46,410 bases of DNA from Catajapyx aquilonaris (Eukaryota): positions 1-46,410 of the forward strand of contig JYFJ02003111.1 of the NCBI GenBank assembly GCA_000934665.2, read 5' to 3'. Position numbers and translations under genes: made by a program. Position 1 is the first letter of the stretch. Each line of letters opens with the position of its first letter. The notes beneath the pieces are model-generated. The model saw nothing but the letters and a program-made list of their open reading frames with translations. It was not told the DNA's origin and searched no databases. This document shows, one piece after another, positions 24,526 through 37,043 of this stretch.

Positions 24526-24578
24526 TATTTGGCAGTTGGCACACAATATTTCCTTCAAAAGTTTTACTGTGTATACAG

Positions 24579-24824
24579 CAGTGGTTCCCAACGTGCAGGT
24601 CGCGACCCCATTTTCTGGGGTGTCGCGCGTGGACGGATTGTTATAAATTTAAAAATAACTAAAATTACAAAATTTATACACTAAATTCGATAGCAAATTT
24701 CACCACTCAGGTTTTTTCAACACATACTAACATTAACATTAACATTCTCGGGGGGGGGGGTCGCAGGTTACTTGACTATCATAAACGTGGATCGCGACCC
24801 GAAAAAGGTTGGGAACCACTACTG
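24579..24824. mobile_element. hAT (Charlie-like) MITE
   Basis: cagtggttcccaac ... gttgggaaccact; flanks gtatacag / gtctagag. Confidence 0.7.
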
Positions 24825-25048
24825 GTCTAGAGAGAAAATCGGTGTAATTTTTTAGGGCAAAACCTGGGCCCTCCCCCCCTCATCATCTTTGGTCACCAGG
24901 TAGCAACAACACCCCCCCCCCCCTGATGACGTAATATGTGTACGGCCCCTTACGTCAAAAATGACAAAAATTAGGGTTGTCACATTATTCCACCACACAC
25001 CCCTTGAGTCTTAAGATGATCTTGTCACATGCAGGGCATCCCCGAGAA

Positions 25049-25515
25049 CAGTGCTTCCCAAACTGTGGGTCGCACCCCACGTAATATTTGGGGTCGCAAG
25101 GGAAGGTAACAAATTATGAAAAATATTGTACCGGTGTCACAGGAGCAATATGAAACTAAGAAACAGTGATATTAACCACAAAACTGGATATTTTCTGTCA
25201 CAGGCACATCTTAAAAATACTGTACATGTACCTTACTGTCCTTACATGAAGTAGTCCTGCAGTTTAGGGGGGTGAAAAGGCCCATTTCTTTTGCTTGAGA
25301 GCCGAGGCTAGTTTTTTTAGCCAACCCAAAACCATTAGGTTAACCGATGGTTCGGTTGATCGGTGTTCGGATAATCGATGCTCCACTGTAATTCATTGAT
25401 GATTTTCATTGACTACCACTGAGGGGGGGGGGGGGGGTNTGAATTGGAAGTTAGGGTCGCGAATTTTACGAGACGTTTTTCTGCGGTCAAAAACGAAAAA
25501 GATTCGGAAGCACTG
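25049..25515. mobile_element. hAT-like MITE
   Basis: cagtgcttcccaaa ... ttcggaagcactg; degenerate 8-bp TSD cccgagaa / ccatagaa. Confidence 0.65.
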
Positions 25516-26864
25516 CCATAGAAATTTGTTGGTATTATATACAAAATAGGATCACTGTATCCCTATTAATATAAAGCTCAATATTTGTACATATGTATAT
25601 TTATTTATCACGTCTAATTAAGCCACTTCCCGTGTACGGAGAGCGCTGAAATTTCTCACACCCATGTCTTACCTTTCGGTGATCCCGGAAAAAGTCCCAA
25701 AACCGCACTTTTTTGAGTCTAAGGCCGGTTTTCAGCAGCCTTCGCAATTGCCTAGTAACCTTCGCTGTCAGCAACCAAAAGGAAGGATCTTCCTTCCTCT
25801 CACTCACGTTCAAAAATTATCAACATTGCGTATTCAACAATGAAAACAATAGAACAACGGGCAGGTTGGCAAGAATAATAATTGCAGTACACGTAGGGTA
25901 TTGTAACAATTAACGGTTGGAGTACTTCGGGGAGTGCCGAGATCAACAATACCGAACAATACAGTACTGTACAGTTCATATATCGATAGAACCTGCCACA
26001 ATGCACCAGGTATGCGTTCGTGTGTTTGGTCTCAGAAGTGTTGAAGTGATGCGTTCATGTTTAGATTGTGTTATCATCAAATATTTCAAACAATCCCAGT
26101 ACCAAATTTTCAAATGTAATGTTACAACTGGGGTTAATGTGAAACGGCGTAAAATGGAGCGGGGTAAAACAGGTACTTTTTTTTAAAAAAATAATCGTGG
26201 GTAATGCTGTCACATATAATGCTAATAAATTTTACATAATTATGATTTTATTTGATCCCCGCAAGTTCACCGATATGCACCTCTGACCCACACTTTCTGA
26301 TGTGCATAACTCCCAGTGGAATGATGCACTCGGAATCAAACTTGGTGGTAGTAACAAGGATGAGTGTCACAACAATGTGGTGTAAGGACGTTGCTGTAGG
26401 TCAACTCCATCCACGTCACGCACTGGACATGTGGACATACCCACGTGAATTTATGACACACCCTCTAACTCGAAAACTTGACGTGGTAGGAGATTTTCAA
26501 CGTCATTTTCGTAATCTGCAGAGAAAATTGGTTCGGATACACCTGTTTATTTCAAAACAACAAAACCTTGCGTATTAGTGTTATCCCTCCGCTTTCGATC
26601 ACTTATGTGTAGGCCAAGTTCAACATGTGTACCAGACACTACGCACGGGTTTGCTGCTATAAATTAATTAATTAATAACATGTTTTGATAATCTACGTAT
26701 GTAAGGCAAAAAAAAAAAATTGTTTGCCCGTGGCAACAGAATTATGTTGGCGATTACTATAGAAACAGGCCGTGCGAAGAATGGGTTCCACTGCTAGCAC
26801 AGAAATATGTGAATGTTGTTGAGATTGGACATTAGCTGCGTTAACATGTACTGGTCCCTTTCAG

Positions 26865-27075
26865 GTTTGATTTGTCACCAACTGATGAAGATGCTTGTGT
26901 ACGTGATGCCGCTAGCAAGTTGGCTCACCTGGTTGTGACGCCAGTGAGGAGGTCCACTCGTAAAAGCATTGCTACTACCCAGACCTACCCATGTGTTGAC
27001 ACTGTGCGTCAGTTACCACGTGCAGTCCAAAAGGCAGCTATATTCAGGCACAACCCAGCTTTGAACCAGGATTAA
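26865..27075 (+). CDS. CKAP2: CKAP2-family gene, terminal coding exon
   Basis: ccctttcag|G acceptor in phase 2. VVTPVRRSTR...YPCVDTVRQL...FRHNPAL matches the CKAP2 C-terminus pattern LTPVRRSRR...YPCVSSLEQL...RPNAAL. Stop TAA at 27073-27075. Confidence 0.85.
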
Positions 27076-27899
27076 TTTTTAGGATACAAGGTTTCAAGTG
27101 AAGGCACAAATCCAAGAATATGAATTTGTATTGTTTTTGTCATGGCATATTGAGCACTGTGAGCCACTGTGAGCATAGGAACCAAAGCAATGTTTCCCTT
27201 TGCCTTAGGGCTCATAGCACCTCTTTAGGAAAAGGGCAGGGTGGGGTTTCTATGTGAAGAGTTGAGCCGGATAAATTTGGATGAAACTTGGTTAGTTAAT
27301 AGACCTTGATCTTGGGCTTGAAGGCTGAAGAAAATCTACTGTGTAATTTGGCTGCTAGCGGTTCTCAAATTTGTACTTTCAGGTGGCTCATATCAGGCTC
27401 ATTTTCATACATGTTGTAGAGTTTCACAATCTGAGTCGAATGAGCCGTGTGGCTATTTTCTGTGACAAACTCTGACAATTATTGTTAAGTTGCACTTATA
27501 ATCTCAGTACAAGCACCGTAGATTTTCTTTAATTGTCAGAACAATTGACTGGTAAGGTCAAGGTCTGTCAACTGACCAGGTCTCAGCCAAATACATCTGG
27601 CCCAACTTTCCCATAAAACCATGTCTTTTTCTGGCTGGAAAAGTGGCAGAGAAGGTTTTTTGTTGAAAACTGTTAATAAATTTTTCTGGCCGTTTTCCAG
27701 CTGGGAAATTTTGTTGGGGGAAGTGCAACCATACTATAATAAATTATTGTGTGATTTTGTGGAATATTCTGACTGGTGTGAGGGACAAGGGTTGCCCCCA
27801 AAATTAATGATTCTTGTGATACAATACAAGTACTCTATGCAGGACATACGTAATGTAACTTGACGTCTAATTACACCTATGTTTATAAAATACTCTTTA

Positions 27900-28884
27900 C
27901 ACACGGTGTTCCAATTTCATGGGTCATTTGATTTATAACTTGTATTGCCTTATAGCAGTTATTTTTTGACGTGGATACATCTTTAAAATCAGATCAGGGG
28001 GCATGCAGGCAAACTCGAGCGTTACAGAAAAGCGTTACAGCAGGGCCCTGCCAGGGGGCCCATGGCAGGGGCATGCATGCACACTTGAGCGAGAAAAGAG
28101 TTAGTCTGTTATAACAGAGTCTGCTATAACCGATGCTTTTCTGTAACCCTCGAATTTGCCTGTTTGCCCCCTGATCCAATTTTAAAGACGTATCCACGCC
28201 TGCATGCCCCCGCCATTATAGTTGAGAAAAGTGAAACATAATGTAGATTGAGGCCGCAAAAGCTGCGGCTTGTGTCCCTGACACAACCTAATGCAATTTT
28301 TTGTAGCTCTTGCTTTGCCCCGATCCAGTTGCCCCATTACTCCCAGGTGGTCTAAATCTGGGATGAAGTTTCTTGTGCCCGAGAAATCTTGTACGTCGCC
28401 TCAGGGCCCCTCTGGCCAACATTGCAGGAGTCTCCACGACGCGGATCCTGACGCTTTCTCTGCATGACTTGTCACTGACAAATCGTGGTTCCACCATCAC
28501 ACTCCCGAGAAGAATTGACAGTCCATGCAGTGGAAGCACGATGGAAATCCACTGCCAAAAAAATTCAAGATGGCACCATCCACTGGCAAGCAGATGAGGC
28601 GTTTTTTTTGTTTTTTTTGACTGGCTGGAGAATGGCAGTGGTGGAACCATGATTCGTCTCCAGTGACGAGAAGACAGTGCAAAGAAAGCATCAAGATCCG
28701 CGTCGTGGAGTCTCCTGCAACGTTGTCCATGACGAGAGCTATGGGCACTACTTCCGGCTGGCACCGTGACTATGCAACTGAGACGAATAGGGCACTTGGT
28801 TAGGAGTGCAACAAGCTACAAAAAATAACTGCTTTGAGTGAAATATCCTATAACTCAAAGGCCCCATGAACTTGGAACACCCTG
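27900..28884 (-). mobile_element. Tc1/mariner remnant in the probable CKAP2-like 3' UTR
   Basis: TIRs cacggtgttccaatttcatggg / cccatgaacttggaacaccctg; VTGDESWFHH motif; internal hairpin at about 27970-28200. Confidence 0.7.
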
Positions 28885-29088
28885 TATTTGCTACTAGGTT
28901 AGTATGATGTTCCCGGCCAGGTCAAGAATGACAGACTTTTTGAGTAGTAACTAATATTATGGTACGTTTTGTGGTCAATTTCAGTCAATTGTTACTTTCT
29001 TCGGCTTTTTCTTTGTCAAGATCTCTTGCAGTACCTTTTTAAAACCTGTGATGTGCTATTTTTGTAGTTGGATTACTACATAATATAT

Positions 29089-29140
29089 AATAAAACATGT
29101 AATTGCCATGCATTTTGCTGTGTGTGTAGGTGTGTGTGTG
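29089..29140 (+). promoter_or_regulatory. candidate polyadenylation signal of the CKAP2-like gene
   Basis: AATAAA at 29089-29094 followed about 25 nt later by a GT-rich tract. Other AATAAA hexamers occur nearer the stop (about 27675 and 27738). Confidence 0.4.
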
Positions 29141-30403
29141 CACACGCGCATGCAAGGATGACCTGCTCTTTTTACCTAGGGGCATCCTTGCCAGTGTGGC
29201 TGCAATAAGCATCATACAACAGTGTAATTATAGTGGGTGTGTGGTGTAAAGACCCGTCATATCCAGCACCTACGGGATAGGATCTCACGACGGTTAACTC
29301 CAGATAAGATTGATTGGGTTTGGCACAAGACTAAGGTGAGCATGAGAGCAACCCGCAAGACTAAAAACCCGTTCAACCACTGCCCTCTTACCTTGACTCT
29401 TGCCAGCCCGCCCGACTCGATTCAAACTGATTGGACGTGACGTCACGCCTTAGACGGCCGTAATAAATAAATTGATTACTGCCGTATTTCTAATTGTTTT
29501 ATAAAACCGACCGGGGTAGTCGCCACCTACGATTTTTCCCCACCCCCTCGCGCTCGCTTGACCCGCGACTCTGAAACACCCTGTAGAGATTATTGTGGGA
29601 GGCCACAGAAGGAAGGGGACACTTCCCTCATCTGTAAGAGCTCGTGAAGCAAATATGGCGACAGATATTAGTGATAATAATTATTATAATAGTGATGGCC
29701 TTTCAGGTAACAAAATTGAGTAGGTCATTGCCAAAACTAGGATCTGCGAAAATTTCAAAAAATGAGTTACCAGAGGAATTGGATAGTCCATGCTAAATCC
29801 CTTCGTTCCACAGACGTTCAATTTTAAACATTGGCCTATTTACAATGAAAAAAATGCTGAAATTGTATGGATGTACGTGCATAATCAGGCTAGCATAGAG
29901 ATTATGGTTGCATCAAAACCAAGTTAGGGTATACCGTACAGTGATGGCCCACTGTACCTTGGTTCTTTAAGAAATTGGCCGTGTAAATGCCATAACATGA
30001 AGAAATGATCATGGTGTGACACCTGTGGTCCCTGGCATGAAGCAGGTCAAAAATCAGTCAACAGTGGGCATTGCAAGAGCAGTAATGGCATCTGACACAG
30101 AGACCTACTGGCCATGTTGGAATGCAGCTGGGAAATGTTAACTTTTTCTTAAGGACTCTTTTGCATTGTAAGTGTGTTTCTGGTCTCATAAATATCCCCA
30201 AAGCAAGACATATGAAAGTATTGAGGTGCTTTATTGAAGCATGGGATTGAAACCAGTCCCTTTGTTCATGACTCATGAGTATGAATTCATTAGGATGGCC
30301 ATGACTGTCCAGCATCTAATGGCATGTCATAGTGATGGCCATGTCATGGACATTACTGTGTTAGACTTCAAAATATTGAATGCCACATATGTAGGCCTAA
30401 GTA

Positions 30404-31325
30404 CGAGGGTCGTTTGGAAATGATCCGCGCCCGAATTTTTTTGGCCACTACATGTAGCCTACTAGCAGAGGCTGAATCACGCTTGGGCTGCCTCAATGTA
30501 TTCTCCACCGAGGTCGATGCACCGCTGCCACCTTCCTGGCAACTTCATGGTCGTCTCTCGGAACCATTCTTTCGGTGCCCTCACCACCCAGTCATGGACA
30601 ACACCTTGGAGCTCAGCTGCACAGGCAAATTTTCGTCCATGGAGGGGTTCCTTCATCACGTCGAAAAGTCCATAGTCAGAAGGTGCCAGGTCCGGGGAAT
30701 AGGGTGGGTGTGACAACACAGTGTAACCGAGCTCGAGCTTCCAGTAGCTCTCGGCACCTCTGGACTCGAACCTCTTTCTGCTGCGGGGTGAGATCACGCG
30801 TAACCGAAAAGTAAGATCATCATGAATGATGACATGCAGTGTCAAGTTCCAGTTCATCGAATGTGATTCGACGATTTTCCATGATCAAGTCGTTAACCTT
30901 CCCCACCATGACAGCTGTCCGAGAAGTCGACGGTCTGCCTGCACTAACCCCTTTTCCCACTGTGGCATGGCCTGCTTTGAACGCCTGGATCCAGTCGTAA
31001 ACTGTTCTGCAGCCTGGAGCCAGCACTTATCCACGCATAGCCACAAGACGGCGGTGAATGTCCGCTGCTGTCGCACCTTCTTTCCACAAGAACCAGGCTG
31101 TCCACCGTTGGCCGTGATATAGTCACCTTCCATCTTGTCCACGCCAGTCTACACCCTACTGCGTTTCAAGTGGCACTGTCGCTGACCTGATGCGGTGAAT
31201 ATGACAAACTTTTTACAGAGTGTAGGGTACTAGTGGCCCCCCCCTGTTGAGGCAAATGCCAACTTCGTGCAGCCACGTATGCCGCGACAATAAATCGAGT
31301 GCGGATCTTTTCCGAACGACCCTCG
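30404..31325 (-). mobile_element. internally deleted mariner element
   Basis: TIRs cgagggtcgtttggaaatgatccgc / gcggatcttttccgaacgaccctcg, TA TSD; SHPPYSPDLAPSDYGLF and TVYDWIQAFKAG...GRPSTS remnants. Confidence 0.9.
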
Positions 31326-31660
31326 TATCATGATCACGATCACGATCACGAGAGTTATGGAGAGAAATGACAGCAATGATTTAGGAGGAAATACACAGCA
31401 ATAGCAAATCCATAGGCCTATCTTATTGTGTGTAACGGCCAAAGTCTATTCTTGTATGTGACGAATACTTGCAAAATAAAATAATCAGTCATATTTCCTG
31501 ACAACCTGTACAGGCTTTTGAGTGGCTTTGTCTCACATCAGTTAGGCCTACCTTCCTAATACCGATGGGGTCCCTATGCTTTGGTCCCTACGGTAGAGAG
31601 CACGATCCAAGAATACTCACGTCTGCTGGTCACTCCCACCCACCCCCTGCCGGGGCGTTT

Positions 31661-31920
31661 TGCAGGAGGTGCTCACTTGAGAGCGCCATGAGACCTTTCA
31701 CTGCCCAGGTAAGTGGCAACCCTACCGGACTACGCTGAACTTTATAGGTACAAAAGGGAAGCGCTACATTGGGGGACCCAACATGGTCGCCGGAGGCCAT
31801 TTTGGGCCCGCATGTAGCCCTCCCCTTTCGTACCTATAAAGTTCAGCCTAGTCCGGTAGGGTCGCCACATAATTGCTCCGGGAAATGTCTCATGGCAATC
31901 CTAGGTGAGCACCTCCTGCA
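31661..31920. repeat. 260-bp imperfect palindrome
   Basis: tgcaggaggtgctcac...ccggactacgctgaactttataggtac / gtacctataaagttcagcctagtccgg...gtgagcacctcctgca. Confidence 0.75.
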
Positions 31921-31949
31921 GGCGATGACATCAGAATGTACTATAAGTG

Positions 31950-32645
31950 TCCGGGGGCTGGTCGAGAGACTATTGTTTTGCTGCCATGGCCATCCCAAAT
32001 TGACTTCATGGCACATTAGGGTATTCCCTGCCAATGTCTATGCACTGTTGCCACCATTCTGGCAGTTCCTGTATTGTTACAGAAACCATTCTTGGGGGTA
32101 CCCAGCACACTTGTGGACAACCGACTGAAGCTCGTCGTTGGAGGTGAACTGTGACCATGCACTGCCTCTTTCAGTGCGCAGATCAGAGAATAGTCTCTAG
32201 TCTCAAGATCCGGCAAATATGGAGAATGAGGAAGCACAGTGTACCCTAGAGGTCATGACATGCAGGGGCACATGTCAGTTTGCTCCACCACTGATATTCT
32301 CAAGGCTCTAAGGTACTATATCGCTGAAAAAGATAGAGACGATTGGCATTTGATTCAAGTGCAAGTTGCACTTGAGTCAAATGCAAAATCGTCTCTATCT
32401 TTTTGGGCGATATAGTACACCGTGCTGCCTCATCTTCCATATTCACCAGATCTTGCGACTAGTGACGGCTCTGTTTCATGCAATGAAAGAGTACGCTCCA
32501 ACGAAGAGCTTCAGTCGGTTGTCTAAGAATGGCGCCAGGGTACCCTCAAAGAATGGTTTTCTGCAGCAATATCGAAACTGCCGGAACGGTTGCAACAGTG
32601 CAGTCATTGGCAGGGAGGGAAGGATGCACACTTGAGGATGGGAGG
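31950..32645. mobile_element. two inverted mariner C-terminal remnants flanking a hairpin MITE (about 32312-32418)
   Basis: LPHSPYLPDLETRDY on minus; VLPHLPYSPDLATSD on plus from 32422. Confidence 0.65.
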
Positions 32646-33011
32646 GGTGGTTTTACAATTAATGAGTTTGAGGGATAGCATGAATATTTATTTCATAATG
32701 AACAATAAAATAAAAATATTATTGGTAATCCAAGACACTGCATGCGCATTGAATAAACAACTCTCAATAATTGTGAGCAATTTTATTTTTCTTCGCTCAA
32801 CTACCCCGATAAAATGATATTTATTTATGTATTTAACTTATTTATGTATTTATTTATTTATTTATTCATTACCCCAATGGGCACAGTGGCTCATTGGGAA
32901 AAGGCTGTGAATGATACCACAAAATTTTACAACAATAGAATTAGATAGGCCGAGTATGCTACAAATTATGAATATGATTATTATTATTATATACTAAATA
33001 TGCTGTATTTT

Positions 33012-33322
33012 GGGGGAGAGGAAGTTGCGCCGCACTAACGCGCGCGCCCACAGATATGAAAGTCCCGGGTTCAATCCCCACCCGGGGTTCCCGCCTTTAT
33101 CCGTGCAGAGTTGGGCCATCTCTAGTTTCATTTCGGGTGGAAATTTCCTAAAAACTAATCCACCCGGGGGAGTTCACAAAATGACTGTTAGTGACATTGC
33201 ACATGCACTTTGCACATCCCCTCCTACATACCCTTGGAGTAATTAATAATAAATGCCAATGGTGGCAATCCAACCCCCCAAAGGAGTAAGTAGCTCCCTA
33301 AGTGGGGTAATGGAAAAAAAAC
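33012..33322 (+). mobile_element. tRNA-derived SINE family A, diverged
   Basis: Shares gcgcccacagat...cccgggttcaatccc and actaatccacccgggg core with 9794-10143. Confidence 0.75.
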
Positions 33323-34899
33323 AAAACCTGTACGGTAATTTTTACTTCTAAAGTACGTTTAACTTCTAATAGTCATCGTATGGCCACAAGTAAATTATTG
33401 AACATGAACAACTACAAAAAATAACACCATAACCATAACACCTAGTCGCCATTTTGAAAAATGGCTGCCAATTTAATTACAGGAAGAATCTGAGATGACC
33501 GCCCTTCCAGAAACGTCCATTAGGGTGTTGTCTACAAGTGTGCCAAATTTCATGCTTCTATCATTAAAGGCGCAATTGTTCCAAATATTTCACTTATCTG
33601 CCGTACTACAGGCGCCACCTACTCGCGCACTCGCTCACAAAAACTGCTCTCCTGTGCACAATTTTCAACCCATGTACTTCTAATAAATGCCAAAATGTCC
33701 AGCATAAATCCAGCTACAATGTCTACAGGAAGTATTTTCTGCTATACCTCAAGGGGGAGCTGCAAATCGTGACTAAAGCAAAATGTTCTCTGCAGTTTGG
33801 TAAGTTGCTTGGCGTATTTGTCAGTCATGTGACCGCATACTCATTCCTGAGGAAGCGGTATGGTTCTGTAATTATCGCCCAGGTTCTTCTTAACAACTTG
33901 GCAGCCAAAATCCGCAGTCAGAACGAGTACCGGGGGCTCCAGAAATTCATTTCGAGCCCCTAGCAATGTTCAATTTCGGCCATCTTGATGACGTCATTTC
34001 GGGCACTTCCCGGGGCCCGACATTAAAAAAAATTTCATGTACGATGCAGTCACGATATGTACTTTCCAAAAAAAGGGTCACTTGCTTGTTATACCCGAAG
34101 TGGTCACTGGACCTCTGAGAAGGCGAAGTGACCACTCGCCTATAAGAGACTATAACTTGGAAATATTCCGATGCCTTCCTGTACTTCTTTTGTTCTCAAT
34201 TTTTAACTACCTTAGTGTTGCACTAGTTGCAGTTACAATAGTCTACATACTGTAGTTGAAGCTAATGCAAGGTTTCACTTATGTTAATGTGCTGAGGAAG
34301 AAAGAAAGGTTTCATAGTTGAAAATGATGTTCATCTGCTGTTGGAATATTTTGGTTAGGCTACTTAACACGTGAACTACTGACATGTAATGTGTGTTCTG
34401 TGATTTTAAAAACTCACGTGCAGTGCCGGTGAAAGACCTGGTGTGGGTGTGGAGCACTCCCCACCCGTATGATTCCGCATGGGGAAATTCCCCACCCGAA
34501 ATCGGGGAGCAAATGGTCAAATGAAAAGAAATATCATACTATGTCATACTTCCCTGCATCATACTAATTTATCCCGTAATAATTGCACTTGTTTTGAATT
34601 TCGAAAATGATATCTCCTTATCCCCCGCCCCTCCCCTACTTCTTACTCACCACCCAGGCTGAATCTGTTTCACCGGTACTGCTCACGTGTGTAATGTATT
34701 CATATGGTAAAATGTATTCCACGGCTTTAATTGACATTAGAAGTATTCGAACAGTTATGAGTAAGTGATATGCAGAAGCAGAAGCACTCAATACTGGAGG
34801 TCAGACGGTAGCCTGGCAGTACATTCATTATCGATTAGATTTTTTTTCCTCAAAAACGAAGCAAAATGGTCCTTTGAATTTATGGGCAAGTTAGATATA

Positions 34900-35304
34900 C
34901 AGGGTGGACCAACTTCAAGTGTCGTTTTATAAAGGCAATTAATAGCAGTGATTTTGCGATGACGTAGCAGCGACGTGTAAAATGTCCCACTTCGGCGCCA
35001 TCGAAAATATTAGCTGCCAATAGCAGCACACATGTAATCAACCCTGCTGCTGGGTTGACCTGGACAAAAGGAGGTGCACACATGACCTGCGATGCGCCTG
35101 GGTGAAATGGGTGACGCCCAAGGCACCAGATTGGCATTGGTGCCGCATGTGGTTGCACAGGGTTCATTACATGTGTGCTGCTATTGGCAGCTAGTATTTT
35201 CGATGGCGCCGAAGTGGGCCATTTTACACGTGGCTGCTACGTCAATCGTAAAGCGCTTCTATTAATAGCCGTTATAAAACGACACTTGAAGTTGGTCCAC
35301 CCTG
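34900..35304. mobile_element. foldback MITE with CAGGGTG termini
   Basis: Arms about 145 bp; TA flanks. Confidence 0.85.
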
Positions 35305-35716
35305 TATGTCTGTAGTGTCATTGTACATTTTTACGTAATTTTTTAAAAAATACCCTTTTTGAAATGTCAAAGGTAATGGATTTTGACCCCCATAAAAATG
35401 TCTTTAAACATAGCTTTTTTAAAATTTATAATATAGATTGCAAAGTAGTTCCCTTTCCTGAAAATTTTATACTAAAATAATTAAGGTAAGATAAATAACT
35501 ACTCAGAAATAAATCAATTCTGAAACATGTCTATTTGGTTTTTGCTTGTAACTTGTGAACTATTGACCCCAAGATTCAAGAATGTATATGTTATATTTCA
35601 TTGTTATGGTGTAAGTTCATATTCCAATTTTCAGTTTTATTAACAAATAGAGGGTGTGAATCATAGTTTTTTTTGCAAGAGTCGATACACGCCTCATGTG
35701 CAGGTAGTTATGCATA

Positions 35717-36233
35717 CAGTAAAACTTCTACATAAGTCGAATAAAATGACGAGCTTGGTTGGTGACAATGTAAAAGAATAGGAAATAAACTTCCCTAACT
35801 CGAATTTCTACAACTCGAAGTTCTCCATAAGTCGAAGTGCAGGCAGGGCCTTACGATGGGATATCAATGCATTTGCAGTCTCCCTAAGTACAAGTTCATG
35901 TTGGCGAGTACGGAAAATTGTCTCATTTCCCAGCCGAAGGGTCGACAGGAGGCCACATGCACAGAAAGGCTCAATTTCCTGATATCCGTCTACCAGACGC
36001 ACCGAAAGAAGTGTTTGACTCGATTGTGACAATTGAATCCTGGAATCTAAGAGTATAGGAAAATGTCCATAACAGAGTTTCTTTTACACCCAAACAATGA
36101 GGAGCATTGTAAGTGTGATAGTGAGAGTTATTTTTAAGATTTGAACACCTTTCATCGCTGGATAAAATGGTAGTCTTCCTTGTAGAGTTCTGTGCTTTAA
36201 AAAGCCAAACTTCTCTAACTCGTAGTTTTACTG
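35717..36233. mobile_element. pogo/Tigger-like MITE
   Basis: ta-cagtaaaact ... agttttactg-ta; repeated taactcgaa / taagtcgaa motifs. Confidence 0.65.
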
Positions 36234-36294
36234 TAGATTAAACATTGTAAAGCACCAAATAAGTAATCACATTTAAACGAATTTTACTTGAGCA

Positions 36295-36300
36295 TTTATT
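36295..36300 (-). promoter_or_regulatory. candidate polyadenylation signal of aconitase
   Basis: AATAAA on the minus strand 20 nt after the stop codon, with T/GT-rich sequence downstream. Confidence 0.45.
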
Positions 36301-36319
36301 ACAGTTGCGTAATCCTAAA

Positions 36320-36454
36320 TTATTTGACCTTCTCCTTCATTCGGTTAAGTGCACTTCCTGCCTTGAACCAGGATATTTGCAGCTCATTCATTGAATGGTT
36401 CAGGCTGATTTTTTCCTTGCTTCCATCTGCATGCTTTATTTCACATTCCACTGG
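36320..36454 (-). CDS. ACO2: mitochondrial aconitate hydratase, terminal exon
   Basis: ctacag| acceptor after a 75-bp intron; [48 protein letters not shown] (not in the ORF track). Confidence 0.96.
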   Translation of the reverse strand, partial: PVECEIKHADGSKEKISLNHSMNELQISWFKAGSALNRMKEKVK

Positions 36455-36529
36455 CTGTAGGGGAAAAAACCAATCAGTTGTCTTTTTCATGCAATATTTT
36501 TATATCGTGGAATAGAAAATCTACAATAC

Positions 36530-36878
36530 CTTCCCTGGTGCCAAACCTTGCAGTGCAAGGAGGGAGATCCTGTCATCAGGCTTCATTTTGTCAAAATCAG
36601 ATGGCTTTGCAAATGTTAAGGGTAAGATCCCCTGCTTCTTGAGGTTGGTCTCGTGGATACGAGCAAAGGACTTGACAATTACAGCCCTCCCCCCAAGGTG
36701 GCGGGGCTCCAGGGCTGCATGCTCCCGACTGCTTCCCTCTCCATAGTTCTCATCTCCCACTGCACACCACTTTTGACCCTTCGCTTTGTATGCACGAGCA
36801 GTGTCTGGGACACTTCCCCATTCACCAGTTAACTGGTTCTTCACATTATTTGCTTCGTCATTCTCTTCATTTATGGCG
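36530..36878 (-). CDS. ACO2: mitochondrial aconitate hydratase, exon with the catalytic GSSREH motif
   Basis: AINEEN...[43 protein letters not shown]...LAPGK; 67-bp upstream intron; AAG|gtattg donor. Confidence 0.98.
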
Positions 36879-36945
36879 CTGCCACCAAGAAGCATTAGAC
36901 ATACAGAGAACTTCGTCCATTGCATTGCATAGATATCACACTTAC

Positions 36946-37043
36946 CCAATGAACATATTGTTGGAAATGTTGTCCAAGTGTCCCCGGAACTTGAGCCATG
37001 GACCAGCTGCTGATATGTGGTCTGTGGTGCACTTTCCCTTAAT
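36946..37043 (-). CDS. ACO2: mitochondrial aconitate hydratase, exon
   Basis: [33 protein letters not shown]; cag| acceptor; GG|gtaag donor in phase 2. Confidence 0.97.
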
